Shown: positions 55,270-64,000, numbered from the stretch's first letter. The stretch is DNA of 64,000 nt from Oscillospiraceae bacterium (GCA_015066295.1 SVOR01000004.1:558-64557); one strand, 5' to 3'. Notes: generated by a model from the letters alone, not told the origin. Program-made: numbers and translations.

Positions 55270-55557
55270 ATGAAAAGTATTATTTCGGAACTTTGGTATG
55301 GAAATTTTGAACCAATTGACCATTTTGGAAAATTTAATCAAGAGATTAAAGAACTTGAAAATCTAATGAATAAAAATTTATCCAACCTAGAAAGTACTAT
55401 AAACAAATCATCATTAAAAATTTTAGAACGATATACCGAATGTATAAACGAATATATTATTGTTATTTCTGAACAAGCCTTCTGCGATGGTTTTTCATTA
55501 GGCGTGAGCATTTTCTCTGAAGCAACACAAAACGCAAAACATATTGTAAACAATTAA
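55270..55557 (+). CDS. small helical protein resembling DUF6809-type proteins of clostridial mobile elements
   Basis: MKSIISELWYGNFEP...AFCDGFSLGVSIF matches the LYyGNi.P ... F..GF.LG pattern of that family as I recall it. Confidence 0.35.
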   Translation: MKSIISELWYGNFEPIDHFGKFNQEIKELENLMNKNLSNLESTINKSSLKILERYTECINEYIIVISEQAFCDGFSLGVSIFSEATQNAKHIVNN

Positions 55558-55563
55558 ATAAAA

Positions 55564-55596
55564 AGCCTTAGGCGCTAAGCACCTAAGGCTTTTTAT
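55564..55596. terminator. bidirectional terminator
   Basis: Stem AGCCTTAGG / CCTAAGGCT with GCTAAGC centre, followed by TTTTT. Confidence 0.75.
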
Positions 55597-56279
55597 TATT
55601 CACTCACCGCAAAGGTTATGCCGTCGATGGTTTCGATATATTTGCGAAGTGTGGTAGCACTTTGCTTATCCGATGCCGTAATATAAAGGCCGATGCTTCC
55701 ATCTGTTTTACTTTTTGCCGATACCGTTTCGACAAGAATATCATCGTCGGTATTTTCTCTGATTGCGTCGGCTATATCGCCTAATTTTTCTATTTTGTTT
55801 GCCTCGGCGTAGATATGCACCGAGACTTTACGTTTGCGCTGCCTTTCGAGTCGGGTTAAATATGCCGCCGTAACAATACAAGCAAGGGTGGCAACAAATG
55901 CACCCGAATAAAATCCGCACCCAATCGCAACACCTATTGCGGCGGTCGCCCACATACCTGCGGCGGTGGTAAGACCCGTTATAACGTTATTGTTTTTAAC
56001 TATAATCATACCGGCACCCAAAAAGCCGATGCCCGAAATCACCTGAGCCGCCATACGTAAAACGTCACCCTGCAACCCAAAGGTAATATTGACGAAAAAG
56101 CCCGTCAACGCCGTCATCGCCGCACCCACGCATACAAGTATATGTGTGCGAAGTCCTGCCGCCGAACCGTGACGGCCGCGCTCGCTACCTATTGCGCCGC
56201 CTGCCAATACCGACAACACAATACGAAGGCAGACCGTAACGGCATTAAATTCTCTGATATAGGTTAAAAATTCTTCCAT
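55596..56279 (-). CDS. mgtC: MgtC/SapB family membrane protein
   Basis: GGAIGSERGRHGSAAGLRTHILVCVGAA; ACT-like C-terminal domain; start moved to ATG 56279. Confidence 0.85.
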   Translation of the reverse strand: MEEFLTYIREFNAVTVCLRIVLSVLAGGAIGSERGRHGSAAGLRTHILVCVGAAMTALTGFFVNITFGLQGDVLRMAAQVISGIGFLGAGMIIVKNNNVITGLTTAAGMWATAAIGVAIGCGFYSGAFVATLACIVTAAYLTRLERQRKRKVSVHIYAEANKIEKLGDIADAIRENTDDDILVETVSAKSKTDGSIGLYITASDKQSATTLRKYIETIDGITFAVSE

Positions 56280-56343
56280 AAACACACCTCTTTTCAAGAA
56301 CTATTTTTATGTAATATTTTTACATTATATCACTAAAAAAATA

Positions 56344-56691
56344 TTAGTCAATACTTTTTGTTGCTATTATTTCACTGCCAAAAAGGTCCTCTATTAAGAC
56401 GTCACCCATTTTTATGGGCGCACTAACAGTAACACCTCTTATTTTTTCCATTACGGCAAAAATATCCTCTTTTTTTACGGGTGTTTTGGTCTTAACGCTG
56501 ACCATTGTATCCTCACGATTATCTACCCTTATAATTGAGGTTACAGTACGCATAGGACATATACACTCATCCTTGCCGTACTTTTCGCCTCTTATACAGG
56601 CGTTGCCCGTAACGGTGACGTTATCGCCATCTATATTGACGGTCATATTGCAGCCTCGCGGACATACTATACAGGTAATGTTTCTTGTCAC
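56344..56691 (-). CDS. DUF1667 domain protein (partner of the FAD oxidoreductase pair)
   Basis: ITCIVCPRGCNMTV...GNACIRGEKYG Cys motifs. Confidence 0.7.
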   Translation of the reverse strand: MTRNITCIVCPRGCNMTVNIDGDNVTVTGNACIRGEKYGKDECICPMRTVTSIIRVDNREDTMVSVKTKTPVKKEDIFAVMEKIRGVTVSAPIKMGDVLIEDLFGSEIIATKSID

Positions 56692-57938
56692 TGTAATTCC
56701 TCCAATGCTACGGTAATATCACCGCTTAAATTATTAAGCTTATTGGCTTTTAAAACAATTTTTTCCATTTCGCCCGGTGCCACCTTTAATTTAACGGCAC
56801 TTGCCAATACCTCGTCCCCCGACTTAACGGTTAGTCGCACCTTGCCATAGGGCTTGCTTACACGCATAAAAAGTGATATATCATCGGTGCCGCCTACGCT
56901 TATCGACTGCGGTAAAACATATCTTACACCCTCGCCTGCCACTGTATTAAATACAGCGCCGTCACGTCTTCCGTTTTTAACAAATTCGGCCGCCGCGGTA
57001 CCCGCTATTTCGGCCTCATCCGATACATAGTCAACAAGGTCGTGAACGTGCAGCACGTTGCCACAGGCAAACACACCATCCATCTCGGTTTGTCGGTTTT
57101 GGTCAACCCTTGGTCCTGAGGTTATGGCATCAATTTCAATACCCGCGCTACCCGTCAATTCATTTTCAGGTATAAGTCCAACCGATAAAAGCAGCGTATC
57201 ACATTCAACGTACCGCTTGCTTTCCTCAATAACCTGTCTTTTATCATCAACCTTTGCTATGGTGACACCCGTCACACGTTCCTTGCCGTGTATCTCGGCA
57301 ACGGTATGGCTCAAATAAAGCGGTATGCCGTAATCGTCAAGGCACTGCACAATGTTTCGCGTAAGACCACCCGAATAAGGCATAATCTCACACACCGCCT
57401 CAACCTTGGCACCCTCAAGCGACATACGTCTTGCCATTATAAGGCCTATATCGCCCGAACCTAAAAGAACAACCTTTCTACCAACCATATAGCCCATACA
57501 GTTAATAAGCTTTTGCGCCGTACCTGCGCTGTAAATACCCGCAGGACGTGTGCCGCAAATGTTAAGCGCGCCACCGCTACGCTCGCGGCAACCCATGGCA
57601 AGCACTATTGCACCCGCTTTTATTTTTAAAATTCCCCCACGGTTTTGCGCTGTAACAATACGGTTTTTATCAAAACCCGTAACCATTGTTTCGTAATAAA
57701 CCTTAATGGGAAGCTTTTCAACCTCGCGACTATACGCCTCGGCATATTCGGGTCCTGTTAATTCCTGACCCAATTTGTGAAGTCCGAAACCGTTATGGAT
57801 GCACTGATTTAAAATACCGCCAAGCTTGGCATCTCGCTCAATTATGGCAATATCGGTTACACCCGCTTTATACGCGCTTATGGCCGCCGCCATACCCGCA
57901 GGACCACCACCGATTATAACTATATCGTGTTTAATCAT
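56688..57938 (-). CDS. NAD(P)/FAD-dependent pyridine-nucleotide oxidoreductase
   Basis: IIGGGPAGMAAA and LLGSGDIGL dinucleotide motifs; 4-nt overlap with the DUF1667 gene. Confidence 0.75.
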   Translation of the reverse strand: MIKHDIVIIGGGPAGMAAAISAYKAGVTDIAIIERDAKLGGILNQCIHNGFGLHKLGQELTGPEYAEAYSREVEKLPIKVYYETMVTGFDKNRIVTAQNRGGILKIKAGAIVLAMGCRERSGGALNICGTRPAGIYSAGTAQKLINCMGYMVGRKVVLLGSGDIGLIMARRMSLEGAKVEAVCEIMPYSGGLTRNIVQCLDDYGIPLYLSHTVAEIHGKERVTGVTIAKVDDKRQVIEESKRYVECDTLLLSVGLIPENELTGSAGIEIDAITSGPRVDQNRQTEMDGVFACGNVLHVHDLVDYVSDEAEIAGTAAAEFVKNGRRDGAVFNTVAGEGVRYVLPQSISVGGTDDISLFMRVSKPYGKVRLTVKSGDEVLASAVKLKVAPGEMEKIVLKANKLNNLSGDITVALEELQ

Positions 57939-57939
57939 T

Positions 57940-59373
57940 TTATATTCTCCCTATCAGCAGTTTTGAGTCCTTACCCTTTTTGGTAATTTCCTCATAAGGC
58001 GTGCCTGTTTCTTGCGAGATTAGTTTCATAACGTAGGGCATACAAAAACCGCCCTGACACCTACCCATACCCGAACGTGTGCGGCGCTTAACACCATCCA
58101 CGTCTCGAGCACCCGGATTGCGTCGAATAGCGTCTATAATCTCGCCCTCACTTACCGTTTCGCAACGACAAACAACCTTGCCGTATGATGGGTTTCGCTT
58201 AATAAAGGCATCCTTCTGCTCGTCACTCATTTTTCTGAATGCGTGTGGGTCGGCACGACATCCGTCCCAGTTTTGCTTTTCGGTTAAGGTTACACCCGCA
58301 TTTTTGAGTATATCAACCGTATATTTTGCTATCGCCACGCAGGATGAAAGACCGGGAGAATCAATGGCAGACACATGTATAAAGCCTGCCGTCTTTTTGG
58401 ACTCCTCAATTATAAAATCGCCCGTTTTGGTCGATGAGCGTACACCCGTAAAGGAGGTTATAACACGGCTAAACTGCACACTCGGTACACTTTTAGATGC
58501 AAGATTTATAACCGTTTTAACACCTTCAGGTGTTATTTCCTTGCTGTCGCGACTCTCTGCCACACGGGCAGTCGGTCCCGTTAATAGGTTTCCGTCAACG
58601 GTTGGCGACACCAATATTCCCTTGCCCTCGCTTGACGGCACCTGAAAAATGGTGTGGGATACGCGTCCACCCTCCGCCTTATCAAGCAATAAATACTCAC
58701 CCGGGCGGGCAATAATATCGTAAAATTTATCGTCAATCATTTCGGCAATTTTATCGGCATAGCAGCCGGCACTGTTAATAAGGTATTTAGCCTTTATAAC
58801 CTTGCCGACACTATCGGTTACGTTAAATACACCGTCTATTTTTTCTATGGCGGCGACCTCAAAATCACGCTCGAGCACTACACCGTTATCCATTGCATTG
58901 CCGAGTGCCGCGACCGTTAACTCATAAGGACAAATAATGCCTGCCGTCGGCACCAATAAAACCTTGGTTATTTTCTCAGATAAAAACGGCTCGATTTCTC
59001 TTGCCTCATCGCCCGAAAGAAGTCGCATTTCATCAACGCCGTTGACGATACCCCTCTCGTACAATTCCTCAACCGCCGCCTCTTGTTCGCTACCAAATGC
59101 GCAAACCATAGAGCCGTTGTTTATATACGGTACGTTTAGCATATCGGCCGCCTCATATAAAAGCTTAACACCCTTAACGTTTAGCTCGGCTTTAAGTGTA
59201 TCGGGCTCGGGGTCAAAGCCGCCGTGCACAATGCCGCTATTCGCCTTTGAAGCACCCATAGCAACGTCGCTTTCCTTTTCAAGCACACAAACCGATAATT
59301 CATATCGCGACAGCTCACGTGCCAACATTGCACCCGTCACACCGCCACCAACAATAGCAATATCATAAATCAT
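57940..59373 (-). CDS. glpA: FAD-dependent glycerol-3-phosphate dehydrogenase/oxidase-like enzyme with BFD-like [2Fe-2S] domain
   Basis: ORF 57940-59406; ATG 59373 follows AGGGAG; DIAIVGGGVTGAM; C-terminal CRCE..C..GFC. Confidence 0.75.
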   Translation of the reverse strand: MIYDIAIVGGGVTGAMLARELSRYELSVCVLEKESDVAMGASKANSGIVHGGFDPEPDTLKAELNVKGVKLLYEAADMLNVPYINNGSMVCAFGSEQEAAVEELYERGIVNGVDEMRLLSGDEAREIEPFLSEKITKVLLVPTAGIICPYELTVAALGNAMDNGVVLERDFEVAAIEKIDGVFNVTDSVGKVIKAKYLINSAGCYADKIAEMIDDKFYDIIARPGEYLLLDKAEGGRVSHTIFQVPSSEGKGILVSPTVDGNLLTGPTARVAESRDSKEITPEGVKTVINLASKSVPSVQFSRVITSFTGVRSSTKTGDFIIEESKKTAGFIHVSAIDSPGLSSCVAIAKYTVDILKNAGVTLTEKQNWDGCRADPHAFRKMSDEQKDAFIKRNPSYGKVVCRCETVSEGEIIDAIRRNPGARDVDGVKRRTRSGMGRCQGGFCMPYVMKLISQETGTPYEEITKKGKDSKLLIGRI

Positions 59374-59389
59374 ATTGTTCTCCCTTTCT

Positions 59390-59435
59390 AAAAAAAAACG
59401 CGACAAAAAACACTTAAAAAGTGTTTTTCGTCCCG
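59390..59435 (-). terminator. leader terminator between glpP and the glpA-like operon (likely GlpP antitermination target)
   Basis: Minus strand reads CGGGACGAAAAACAC-TTTTTAA-GTGTTTTTTGTCGCG followed by TTTTTTTTT; ends 17 nt before the operon start codon (about 6 nt before its RBS). Confidence 0.6.
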
Positions 59436-59463
59436 TTCTCCAAAATCTCTACGGATTATTAAA

Positions 59464-60024
59464 TTAAATATACCAAAGCTCTGGCTTACCGGTCGAAATC
59501 GCCGTAGCACCTGCATTTAGCGCCTGTGTAACCTCCTGCTTTGTTTCAACAAGTCCTCCTGCAATTACGGGCACTCTGCCACTTGCGAAGCGCTCAACCG
59601 CTTTGGGTATAACCCCCGGCATAATCTCAATCATATCGGGTGTTATGTTTGTGATTATATCATCAATATTTTCGTAGCCCTTTGAGTCAAGCAAGAAAAA
59701 GCGCTGAACGGCAATAAGTCCGTTTTCCTTAGCAAAGCGAACAAGCTGACTTCTTGTCGTCATAATACCGTCGATACCAAGCTTTGCTAAATATTCAACA
59801 CCTGACCTATCTCGACCTATGCCCTCTGCCAAATCGATATGAACAAACAATAGCTTGTCATTTTTATGGGCTTCATCGACCTTTTCCTTTAAGCTTAATA
59901 TATTAGCTTGCAGATAAAAAATAATGTTTACGGGTGACTCAACCGCCGCATCCCATTTACTGTCCTGAACGGCAGCAATAACAGGCGCACATTCAAGCAT
60001 ATCACAAAGCCGAGAAAAATTCAT
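59464..60024 (-). CDS. glpP: glycerol-3-phosphate-responsive antiterminator GlpP
   Basis: Collinear with B. subtilis GlpP as I recall it: HIDLAEGIG.D, TTRSQLV..AK, AVQRFFLLDS, IEIMPGVIP, VIAGGL. Confidence 0.9.
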   Translation of the reverse strand: MNFSRLCDMLECAPVIAAVQDSKWDAAVESPVNIIFYLQANILSLKEKVDEAHKNDKLLFVHIDLAEGIGRDRSGVEYLAKLGIDGIMTTRSQLVRFAKENGLIAVQRFFLLDSKGYENIDDIITNITPDMIEIMPGVIPKAVERFASGRVPVIAGGLVETKQEVTQALNAGATAISTGKPELWYI

Positions 60025-60037
60025 TTAATCACTTCCT

Positions 60038-60084
60038 AAAAATAAAAACGCAAAAGAAAGGCAGTAGCACTACCCTCCTTTTGC
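60038..60084 (-). terminator. terminator-like hairpin plus U-run inside the glpP 5' leader
   Basis: Minus strand reads GCAAAAGGAGGG...CCTTTCTTTTGC followed by GTTTTTATTTTT; lies between the promoter (60105-60133) and the glpP RBS. Confidence 0.5.
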
Positions 60085-60104
60085 ATCTCTAAATCTCCTT
60101 AACT

Positions 60105-60133
60105 ATTATAAAATAATCATACAATAAAGTCAA
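60105..60133 (-). promoter_or_regulatory. sigma-A promoter of glpP
   Basis: Minus strand reads TTGACT, 17 nt, TATAAT. Confidence 0.6.
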
Positions 60134-60152
60134 GTGAGTTTGCACAAATGGT

Positions 60153-60181
60153 TTGACTTTTAGGGCGTCTTGTTGTAATAT
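60153..60181 (+). promoter_or_regulatory. sigma-A promoter of tRNA-Arg
   Basis: TTGACT (60153-60158), 17 nt, TAATAT (60176-60181), 19 nt before the tRNA 5' end. Confidence 0.55.
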
Positions 60182-60199
60182 AATAAAGCACATAAATAC

Positions 60200-60274
60200 G
60201 CCGCTTTAGTTAAATGGATATAACAAGCCCCTCCTAAGGGCTAGTTGAGGGTTCGATTCCCCCAAGCGGTGCCA
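60200..60274 (+). tRNA. tRNA-Arg (anticodon CCU), CCA encoded
   Basis: Cloverleaf by hand: acceptor GCCGCTT/AAGCGGT (G1-U72), D stem GTTA/TAAC, anticodon stem AGCCC/GGGCT with loop CT-CCT-AA, T arm GAGGG-TTCGATT-CCCCC (one A-C mismatch), GCCA 3' end. Confidence 0.9.
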
Positions 60275-60312
60275 AACCGTCTCGAAAGAGGCGGTTTTAT
60301 TTTTTATTGCTT
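60275..60312 (+). terminator. intrinsic terminator after tRNA-Arg
   Basis: Stem AAACCGTCTC / GAGGCGGTTT followed by TATTTTTTATT. Confidence 0.7.
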
Positions 60313-60367
60313 TCGGTGAATAATAGTGATATAATTTATTTGTAATAATTTAAAGAGGAATTTAGAT

Positions 60368-61315
60368 ATGTATAAGCTTGCAATTGTTGTTCCCTGCTAT
60401 AACGAAGAGGCTATTTTAAAGCAGACCACCGAGGTTTTGTTAAACCTACTTGAAGAGCTAATTGATAGGGCCAAAATAAATCCCGACAGTTATATACTTT
60501 TTGTAAATGACGGTTCTCGTGACGACACGTGGGATATACTCTGCCGTGAGCACGATTTATCAAAAAATATAAACGCCATTAGCCTTGCCGCTAATGTTGG
60601 ACACCAAAATGCACTGCTCGCAGGACTTGAGAGCGTTATGGACGACTGCGATTTCGCAATTAGCCTTGATGCCGATTTGCAGGATGATATTTCGGTAATT
60701 GAGGAAATGATTGATAAATATAATGCGGGTGCCGATATTGTTTACGGCGTTAGAAACGACCGCCAAACCGACTCGTTTTTTAAGCGCAGCTCGGCCAAGC
60801 TCTTTTATAAATTTATGTCGGCTATGGGCGTTAAGACAATAGAAAATCACGCCGATTTCAGACTAATGAGCGCACGCGTTTTAAAACAATTATCACAATA
60901 CAACGAGCGCAACCTGTTTTTGCGCGGCATAATCCCCTCGATGGGCTATAAGACCGACCGTGTTTATTATTCACGCAAAAAGCGTACGGGTGGAAAAAGT
61001 AAATATTCGCTTGGTAAAATGATTAAGCTCGCCGGCAACGGCATAACCTCCTTCACCATAAGACCCATAACGCTTATAACGGCACTCGGCTTTATAATTA
61101 TGCTGTTGGCCTTGGCGGCATTTTTGTATACACTAATATCGTATTTTACGGGCAATACCGAGCCGGGCTGGTCATCCCTTATGATTTCAATTTGGTTTCT
61201 GGGCGGCGTTCAGCTTTTCTCTATCGGCATTGTCGGTCAGTACGTTGGCAAGGCATATTTTGAAGCTAAACAAAGACCCCGTTATGATATTATAGAAAAT
61301 CTTAAGCACAAATAA
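60368..61315 (+). CDS. family 2 glycosyltransferase, polyprenyl-phosphate sugar transferase type (GtrB/ArnC-like)
   Basis: IVVPCYNEE, VNDGSRDDT, SLDADLQD (DxD); two C-terminal TM segments. Confidence 0.8.
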   Translation: MYKLAIVVPCYNEEAILKQTTEVLLNLLEELIDRAKINPDSYILFVNDGSRDDTWDILCREHDLSKNINAISLAANVGHQNALLAGLESVMDDCDFAISLDADLQDDISVIEEMIDKYNAGADIVYGVRNDRQTDSFFKRSSAKLFYKFMSAMGVKTIENHADFRLMSARVLKQLSQYNERNLFLRGIIPSMGYKTDRVYYSRKKRTGGKSKYSLGKMIKLAGNGITSFTIRPITLITALGFIIMLLALAAFLYTLISYFTGNTEPGWSSLMISIWFLGGVQLFSIGIVGQYVGKAYFEAKQRPRYDIIENLKHK

Positions 61316-61326
61316 AAGGAGCATAT

Positions 61327-61983
61327 ATGACCTATAAGGAATTAAAAGAAAATAAAGAAATTGCAAGCTATATTAAAAGGGCCGACGAATCGTTATTAGC
61401 TCTCGGCTACACCGAGCATAGCTTTGCGCACGTTGGTCGCGTTGCCGATACCGCTTCTTATATTTTAGAAACAATGGGCTTTGGCGACCACGATATTGAG
61501 CTGGTTAAAATTGCGGCGTATCTACACGATATCGGTAACCTCGTTAACCGCATAGACCATTCGCAAAGCGGTGCCGTTATGGCTTTTCGTCTGCTTGACC
61601 ATATGGATATGCCCGCAGACGATATCGCAACCATAGTGACCGCAATCGGCAATCACGACGAGGGCACGGGTGTTGCGGTAAACCCCATTGCCGCCGCCCT
61701 CATATTGGCCGATAAATCGGATGTGCGCAGAACAAGGGTGCGAAACAACGATATAACCACCTTTGATATACACGACAGGGTTAATTATTCGGTTACGGAT
61801 GCCTCTTTAAAAATTGATGAATCAAAAGAACACATCACCCTAACACTCGAAATCGACCCACAGTACAGCTCGGTTATGGATTATTTTGAAATATTCCTAA
61901 ACCGAATGACGTTGTGCCGCAAGGCTGCCGAAAGGTTAAAGCTACAATTTAAGCTTATTATAAATGGTCAACAATTATTATAA
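61327..61983 (+). CDS. HD-domain phosphohydrolase
   Basis: H...HD motif (AAYLHDIGN), GNHDEG. Confidence 0.65.
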   Translation: MTYKELKENKEIASYIKRADESLLALGYTEHSFAHVGRVADTASYILETMGFGDHDIELVKIAAYLHDIGNLVNRIDHSQSGAVMAFRLLDHMDMPADDIATIVTAIGNHDEGTGVAVNPIAAALILADKSDVRRTRVRNNDITTFDIHDRVNYSVTDASLKIDESKEHITLTLEIDPQYSSVMDYFEIFLNRMTLCRKAAERLKLQFKLIINGQQLL

Positions 61984-61989
61984 TTAATT

Positions 61990-62016
61990 TGAAAGAGGGC
62001 TACGCCCTCTTTTTTA
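61990..62016 (+). terminator. intrinsic terminator
   Basis: Stem AGAGGGC / GCCCTCT followed by TTTTTT. Confidence 0.7.
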
Positions 62017-62138
62017 TATCTTTTAAATACTTTTTATAAAAAACTGCTGTTATTTTTTTACATTCCTAATACTTGAAGTTGACACCGAAATAGTATATAA
62101 TTATTATGGAGAATTTCGGAAAGAAAGGACTTGAAATT

Positions 62139-63896
62139 ATGACCACATCGGAGATTGTTTTGAGTTTTGTGGCACTACTCGGCGGACTTGCATTTTTCCT
62201 TTATGGCATGAACGTTATGTCGCACGGCCTTGAAACAATGGCGAAGGGTAAGCTTGAGCGTAGCCTTAAAAAAGCCGCTTCAAATAAGTTTTTAGCACTT
62301 TTTGTCGGTGCAGGTATTACCATTGCAATTCAGTCGTCCTCTGCACTTACCGTAATGCTTGTTGGTCTTGTTAACTCGGGACTTTTAGAGTTTGGACAGA
62401 CGGTCGGCGTACTTATGGGCTCCAATATCGGTACAACACTTACCGCTTGGATATTGAGTCTTGCGGGTATTGACGGTGATACATTATGGATGCAGCTATT
62501 AAAGCCCACCAACTTCTCTCTGATTTTTGCCCTTATTGGCGTATTGCTTACAATGGCATCTAAAAAGCAGAGCCACAAAAATACAGGTAACATACTTTTA
62601 GGTTTTGCCATTTTGATGTTTGGTATGAATCTTATGTCGGATTCCATGAAGCCCCTTACCCAATTAGAAGGCTTCACAAGTCTTTTAACCGCATTTAAAA
62701 ACCCACTTCTTGCGGTTGCTTTCGGCGCTATCTTTACGGGCGTTATTCAAAGCTCTGCCGCATCGGTTGGTATTTTGCAGTCGTTGGCAATCAACGGCGG
62801 CGTTACATACGGTATGGCAATCCCGATTATTATGGGTCAGAATATCGGTACCTGTGTTACCGCGCTCATCTCGTCAATCGGTGTTAGCCGTAACGCTAAA
62901 AAGGTTGCCGTAATTCACCTTTCCTTTAACTTAATAGGTACAGCCGTTTGCCTTGTTTTATACTACGGTGCAAACGCTATCTTTGATTTCGCATTTAACG
63001 GTCAAGAAATTACCCCGTTTATGATAGCTATTGTTCACAGTATATTTAACGTTGTTACAACACTTATGTTGCTTCCCTTTACCAAGATGCTTGAAAAAAT
63101 TGCAAACTTTGTTATCAGGGATAAGGAAGACGATAAAAAGCAGGCATTCCTTGATGAACGTATTATTACGGTACCTGCCTTCGCTGTATCAGAGTGTTAT
63201 AGCCGTACGCTTGAAATGTCAGAGTATGCCGAAAATGCCATAACAAAGGCAATTCATCTTGTAGGCAACTACAACCAGGCTGATATTGACGAAATACTCG
63301 CTTGCGAGGACAAGCTTGACTACTACGAGGATAAGATAGGCACCTACCTTGTTAAGATTTCGAGTCACGGTCTATCTGAGTCAGATAGCAAAAAGCGTTT
63401 CCGTATGCTTCATACCATAGGCGACCTTGAGCGTCTTGGTGACCACGCAGTTAATCTTATTAAGGTTGCTAAGGAAATTAAGGACAAAGAAATTGTGTTC
63501 TCTGAATCGGCTCGTAATGAGCTTGCCGTACTCATTTCGGCAATTGAAGAAATCCTTAAAACAACCTTTGAAGCCTATGCAAATAACGATGCATTGCTTG
63601 CAACCAAGGTTGAACCGCTTGAGCAGGTAATCGATGGTCTTATTGCCACAGTAAAGGCACGTCATATCGACCGCTTGCAGACAGGCAAATGTACCATTGA
63701 ATTGGGCTTTGTGCTTTCGGATATCCTAAATAACCTTGAAAGAATTTCCGACCACTGCTCTAACATTGCGGTTGCAATTATCGAGGTTGAGCAGGGCGAA
63801 ATGGATACTCACAAATATCTTAACCGCATCAAATACGGCGGCAACGCTTCGTTTAGCGAGCACTTTGATGAGTACGAACTTAAGTATTCTTTATAA
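62139..63896 (+). CDS. Na/Pi cotransporter family protein with C-terminal PhoU-like repeats
   Basis: ORF 62106-63896; duplicated QSSSA(L/S)T.. motifs (IQSSSALTVM, IQSSAASVGI); C-terminal LERLGDH / LERISDH PhoU motifs; ATG 62139 has the better RBS. Confidence 0.85.
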   Translation: MTTSEIVLSFVALLGGLAFFLYGMNVMSHGLETMAKGKLERSLKKAASNKFLALFVGAGITIAIQSSSALTVMLVGLVNSGLLEFGQTVGVLMGSNIGTTLTAWILSLAGIDGDTLWMQLLKPTNFSLIFALIGVLLTMASKKQSHKNTGNILLGFAILMFGMNLMSDSMKPLTQLEGFTSLLTAFKNPLLAVAFGAIFTGVIQSSAASVGILQSLAINGGVTYGMAIPIIMGQNIGTCVTALISSIGVSRNAKKVAVIHLSFNLIGTAVCLVLYYGANAIFDFAFNGQEITPFMIAIVHSIFNVVTTLMLLPFTKMLEKIANFVIRDKEDDKKQAFLDERIITVPAFAVSECYSRTLEMSEYAENAITKAIHLVGNYNQADIDEILACEDKLDYYEDKIGTYLVKISSHGLSESDSKKRFRMLHTIGDLERLGDHAVNLIKVAKEIKDKEIVFSESARNELAVLISAIEEILKTTFEAYANNDALLATKVEPLEQVIDGLIATVKARHIDRLQTGKCTIELGFVLSDILNNLERISDHCSNIAVAIIEVEQGEMDTHKYLNRIKYGGNASFSEHFDEYELKYSL

Positions 63897-63904
63897 ATTA
63901 AATA

Positions 63905-63950
63905 ATAAAAAGAAAAAGCAGAGTTTCAAAAACTCTGCTTTTTCTTTTTA
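63905..63950 (+). terminator. intrinsic terminator
   Basis: Stem AAAGCAGAGTT / AACTCTGCTTT followed by TTTCTTTTT. Confidence 0.8.
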
Positions 63951-64000
63951 TGTTTAATTATTTAAAGAACAAAGGTAGTGGCTCTAAGAATACAATATCG

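Noticed and set aside
54932-55596. Two terminator hairpins sharing the centre GCTAAGCAC (54932-54956 and 55564-55590), possibly a REP-like family
   Set aside because: Only two copies exist and only 9 nt are shared. Both function plausibly as ordinary bidirectional terminators, so this may be coincidence. A genome-wide count would be needed.
60200-60274. tRNA-Arg(CCU) as an integration hotspot for the downstream GT2/HD genes
   Set aside because: No repeat of the tRNA 3' end and no integrase is seen downstream. The tRNA has its own promoter and terminator, and the neighbours look like core genes.
1-64000. CRISPR arrays, rRNA genes, IS elements/transposases and known multi-gene defence systems
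   Set aside because: No regularly spaced direct repeats, rRNA-like sequence, DDE/serine transposase motifs or recognisable restriction, Cas, Abi or toxin-antitoxin gene sets were found on either strand.

Overview
This window looks like a low-GC Firmicutes chromosome segment, probably from a spore-forming anaerobic Clostridia-type organism (SpoIIP, Rex, NfnAB-like, two rubrerythrins, GlpP). It is densely coding and mostly housekeeping: pcrA, ppiB, nrdR, gltX-glnS, serS, rpsT, proBAC, maf, an RNA methyltransferase, a glycerol-3-P dehydrogenase cluster and one tRNA-Arg(CCU). I saw no rRNA, CRISPR array or transposase.

Four accessory segments stand out:
1. 21.26-27.98 kb: a ~6.7-kb integrative mobilizable element (tyrosine integrase, MobV-type relaxase, HUH Rep, three cargo genes). 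It sits in the 3' end of a reverse-rubrerythrin gene. It has a 21-bp exact core repeat, a surrogate gene end and terminator, and AATCCCAC arm-type repeats.
2. 42.7-49.9 kb: a decayed prophage packaging/head/lysis block. The large terminase is frameshifted, a portal-like gene is truncated, and the holin has no endolysin.
3. 54.37-55.6 kb: a small islet with a dense GCGATAT repeat array, a four-helix-bundle (IVS/Avd-family) gene, a 45-aa RHH gene missing from the ORF track, and GGTACC operator-like boxes.
4. 7.26-11.28 kb: a cluster of three surface-protein genes, two of them recently duplicated LRR paralogs.

Other points worth a second look:
- a zinc-ribbon/PASTA membrane protein whose kinase domain has lost all catalytic residues
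- a translationally coupled cytidylyltransferase-SDR-AraD cassette that suggests CDP-pentitol synthesis
- terminator-containing leaders in front of both glpP and the glpA-like operon

I cannot recognise a complete known defence system here. My best candidates for undescribed biology are the IME cargo pair (zinc-ribbon membrane protein plus SLOG/DUF1273), the PASTA pseudokinase and the repeat-array islet. All functional calls come from reading motifs by eye; no searches were run.
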